This document shows positions 63,143-64,000 of a DNA stretch of 64,000 bases, one piece after another. Position numbers and translations under genes: made by a program. Numbering within the stretch: the stretch's first letter is position 1; every line of letters starts with the position of its first letter. Where the stretch lies: the NCBI RefSeq assembly GCF_037042905.1, contig NC_087259.1, forward strand, positions 30,814,001 through 30,878,000. The letters run 5' to 3'. Source of the DNA: Lytechinus pictus (taxonomy: Eukaryota). A model generated the notes under the pieces. The model did no database searches, was not told the origin of the DNA, and saw only the letters and a program-made list of their open reading frames with translations.

Positions 63143-64000
63143 CTACAACAAAGAAAAACAAAATAGGCAAATATAAATATATAAATAACGTCAATTAAAC
63201 ATCATCCCTTAGAACAACACTGAGTGTTTGAAACCTTCATCTATATTAAATAGAGCTATGAAATGAGATAAGATGACAATTAGGTTGGACTATCATTCCA
63301 AGCAATGTTTATGTCATGCATAGAGTGCTGATCATGCTGGTATAATCTTTACTGTTTGGAAGTTTTCATGGTGAACCTCAAGCAAGCGAGCTATGTTGTG
63401 AGTAAAATGAGGATGCTAGCTTTTATAGTATACTCTAAAATATCTTCTTGACAATTTTGCATACCATAGCATTAGCAAGCTGAAGTACAATGTAACGGTA
63501 TTGAAATCTTGCAAGTAAACTTACACAATGAAGAGATTAAAAATTCATGCCTGGATATAAATTACAATTTACTGTCTCACAATATTTGTTGCTCTAAATA
63601 ATAAAATGATTGAGAAATATAAAGCTAATAAACAATTACTTCATTTGAAGTGGTTTCCATATTGTGGTTTTGAAGGGGAGTTTCAGGTATACCAAATAAA
63701 ATCAAACTTACACAGTAAGACAGGCCTGTGTAAAGCCTTGATCAGATTTAAAAAAAAAAATATCTGTATAAAAAACAATTCTGCATGAAGTGTTTGAGAT
63801 GTTAGACTTCAGGTTCATGTAAGCCTATATAATAAAAGTTTTTGAATACAGAATTTTACATTAAGCTAGTGTGAAAATATAACCAGTCAGGAATAATATT
63901 TAAATAGTGCTTCATGTGATTTTACTTTTTATGTGAACAGGCCCATTTGTCAATTCCTGAGCTGTGAATTGGCTCTCGTTTGTCCCCTGATAGCAGAGCT

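Noticed and set aside
1-64000. CRISPR arrays, operons or other prokaryotic systems
   Set aside because: The sequence is a spliceosomal-intron animal locus with no repeat-spacer arrays.

Overview
AT-rich eukaryotic (animal) genomic DNA. The repeat content resembles sea urchin/echinoderm sequence, which is an inference. The window is almost filled by one minus-strand, multi-exon gene encoding a SynGAP/RASAL2(nGAP)/DAB2IP-family Ras GTPase-activating protein. I traced 16 GT-AG coding exons from 63142 down to the stop at 6667. They join in one open frame of 3915 nt (1304 aa plus stop; the 5' end lies outside the window): PH - C2 - RasGAP (FRAN arginine finger, [12 protein letters not shown] motif) - long Ser/Thr/Pro-rich region - coiled coil. 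Introns carry many non-autonomous DNA transposons (Kolobok-like with TTAA TSDs, hAT-like, Harbinger-like), tRNA-derived SINEs and an L2-type LINE 3' fragment. The most interesting signals not shown by the ORF track are: (1) candidate microexons with Nova/Rbfox/UGC motifs in the ~9.7 kb last intron, which splits the coiled coil; (2) a candidate exon at 25325-25426 that, as a first exon, would give a GAP-less isoform; (3) a candidate internal promoter and first exon upstream of the PH exon; (4) a Kolobok-like element with a perfect 222-bp internal inverted repeat carrying inward-facing promoter/first-exon-like sequence. All alternative exons are sequence-based predictions and need RNA-seq.
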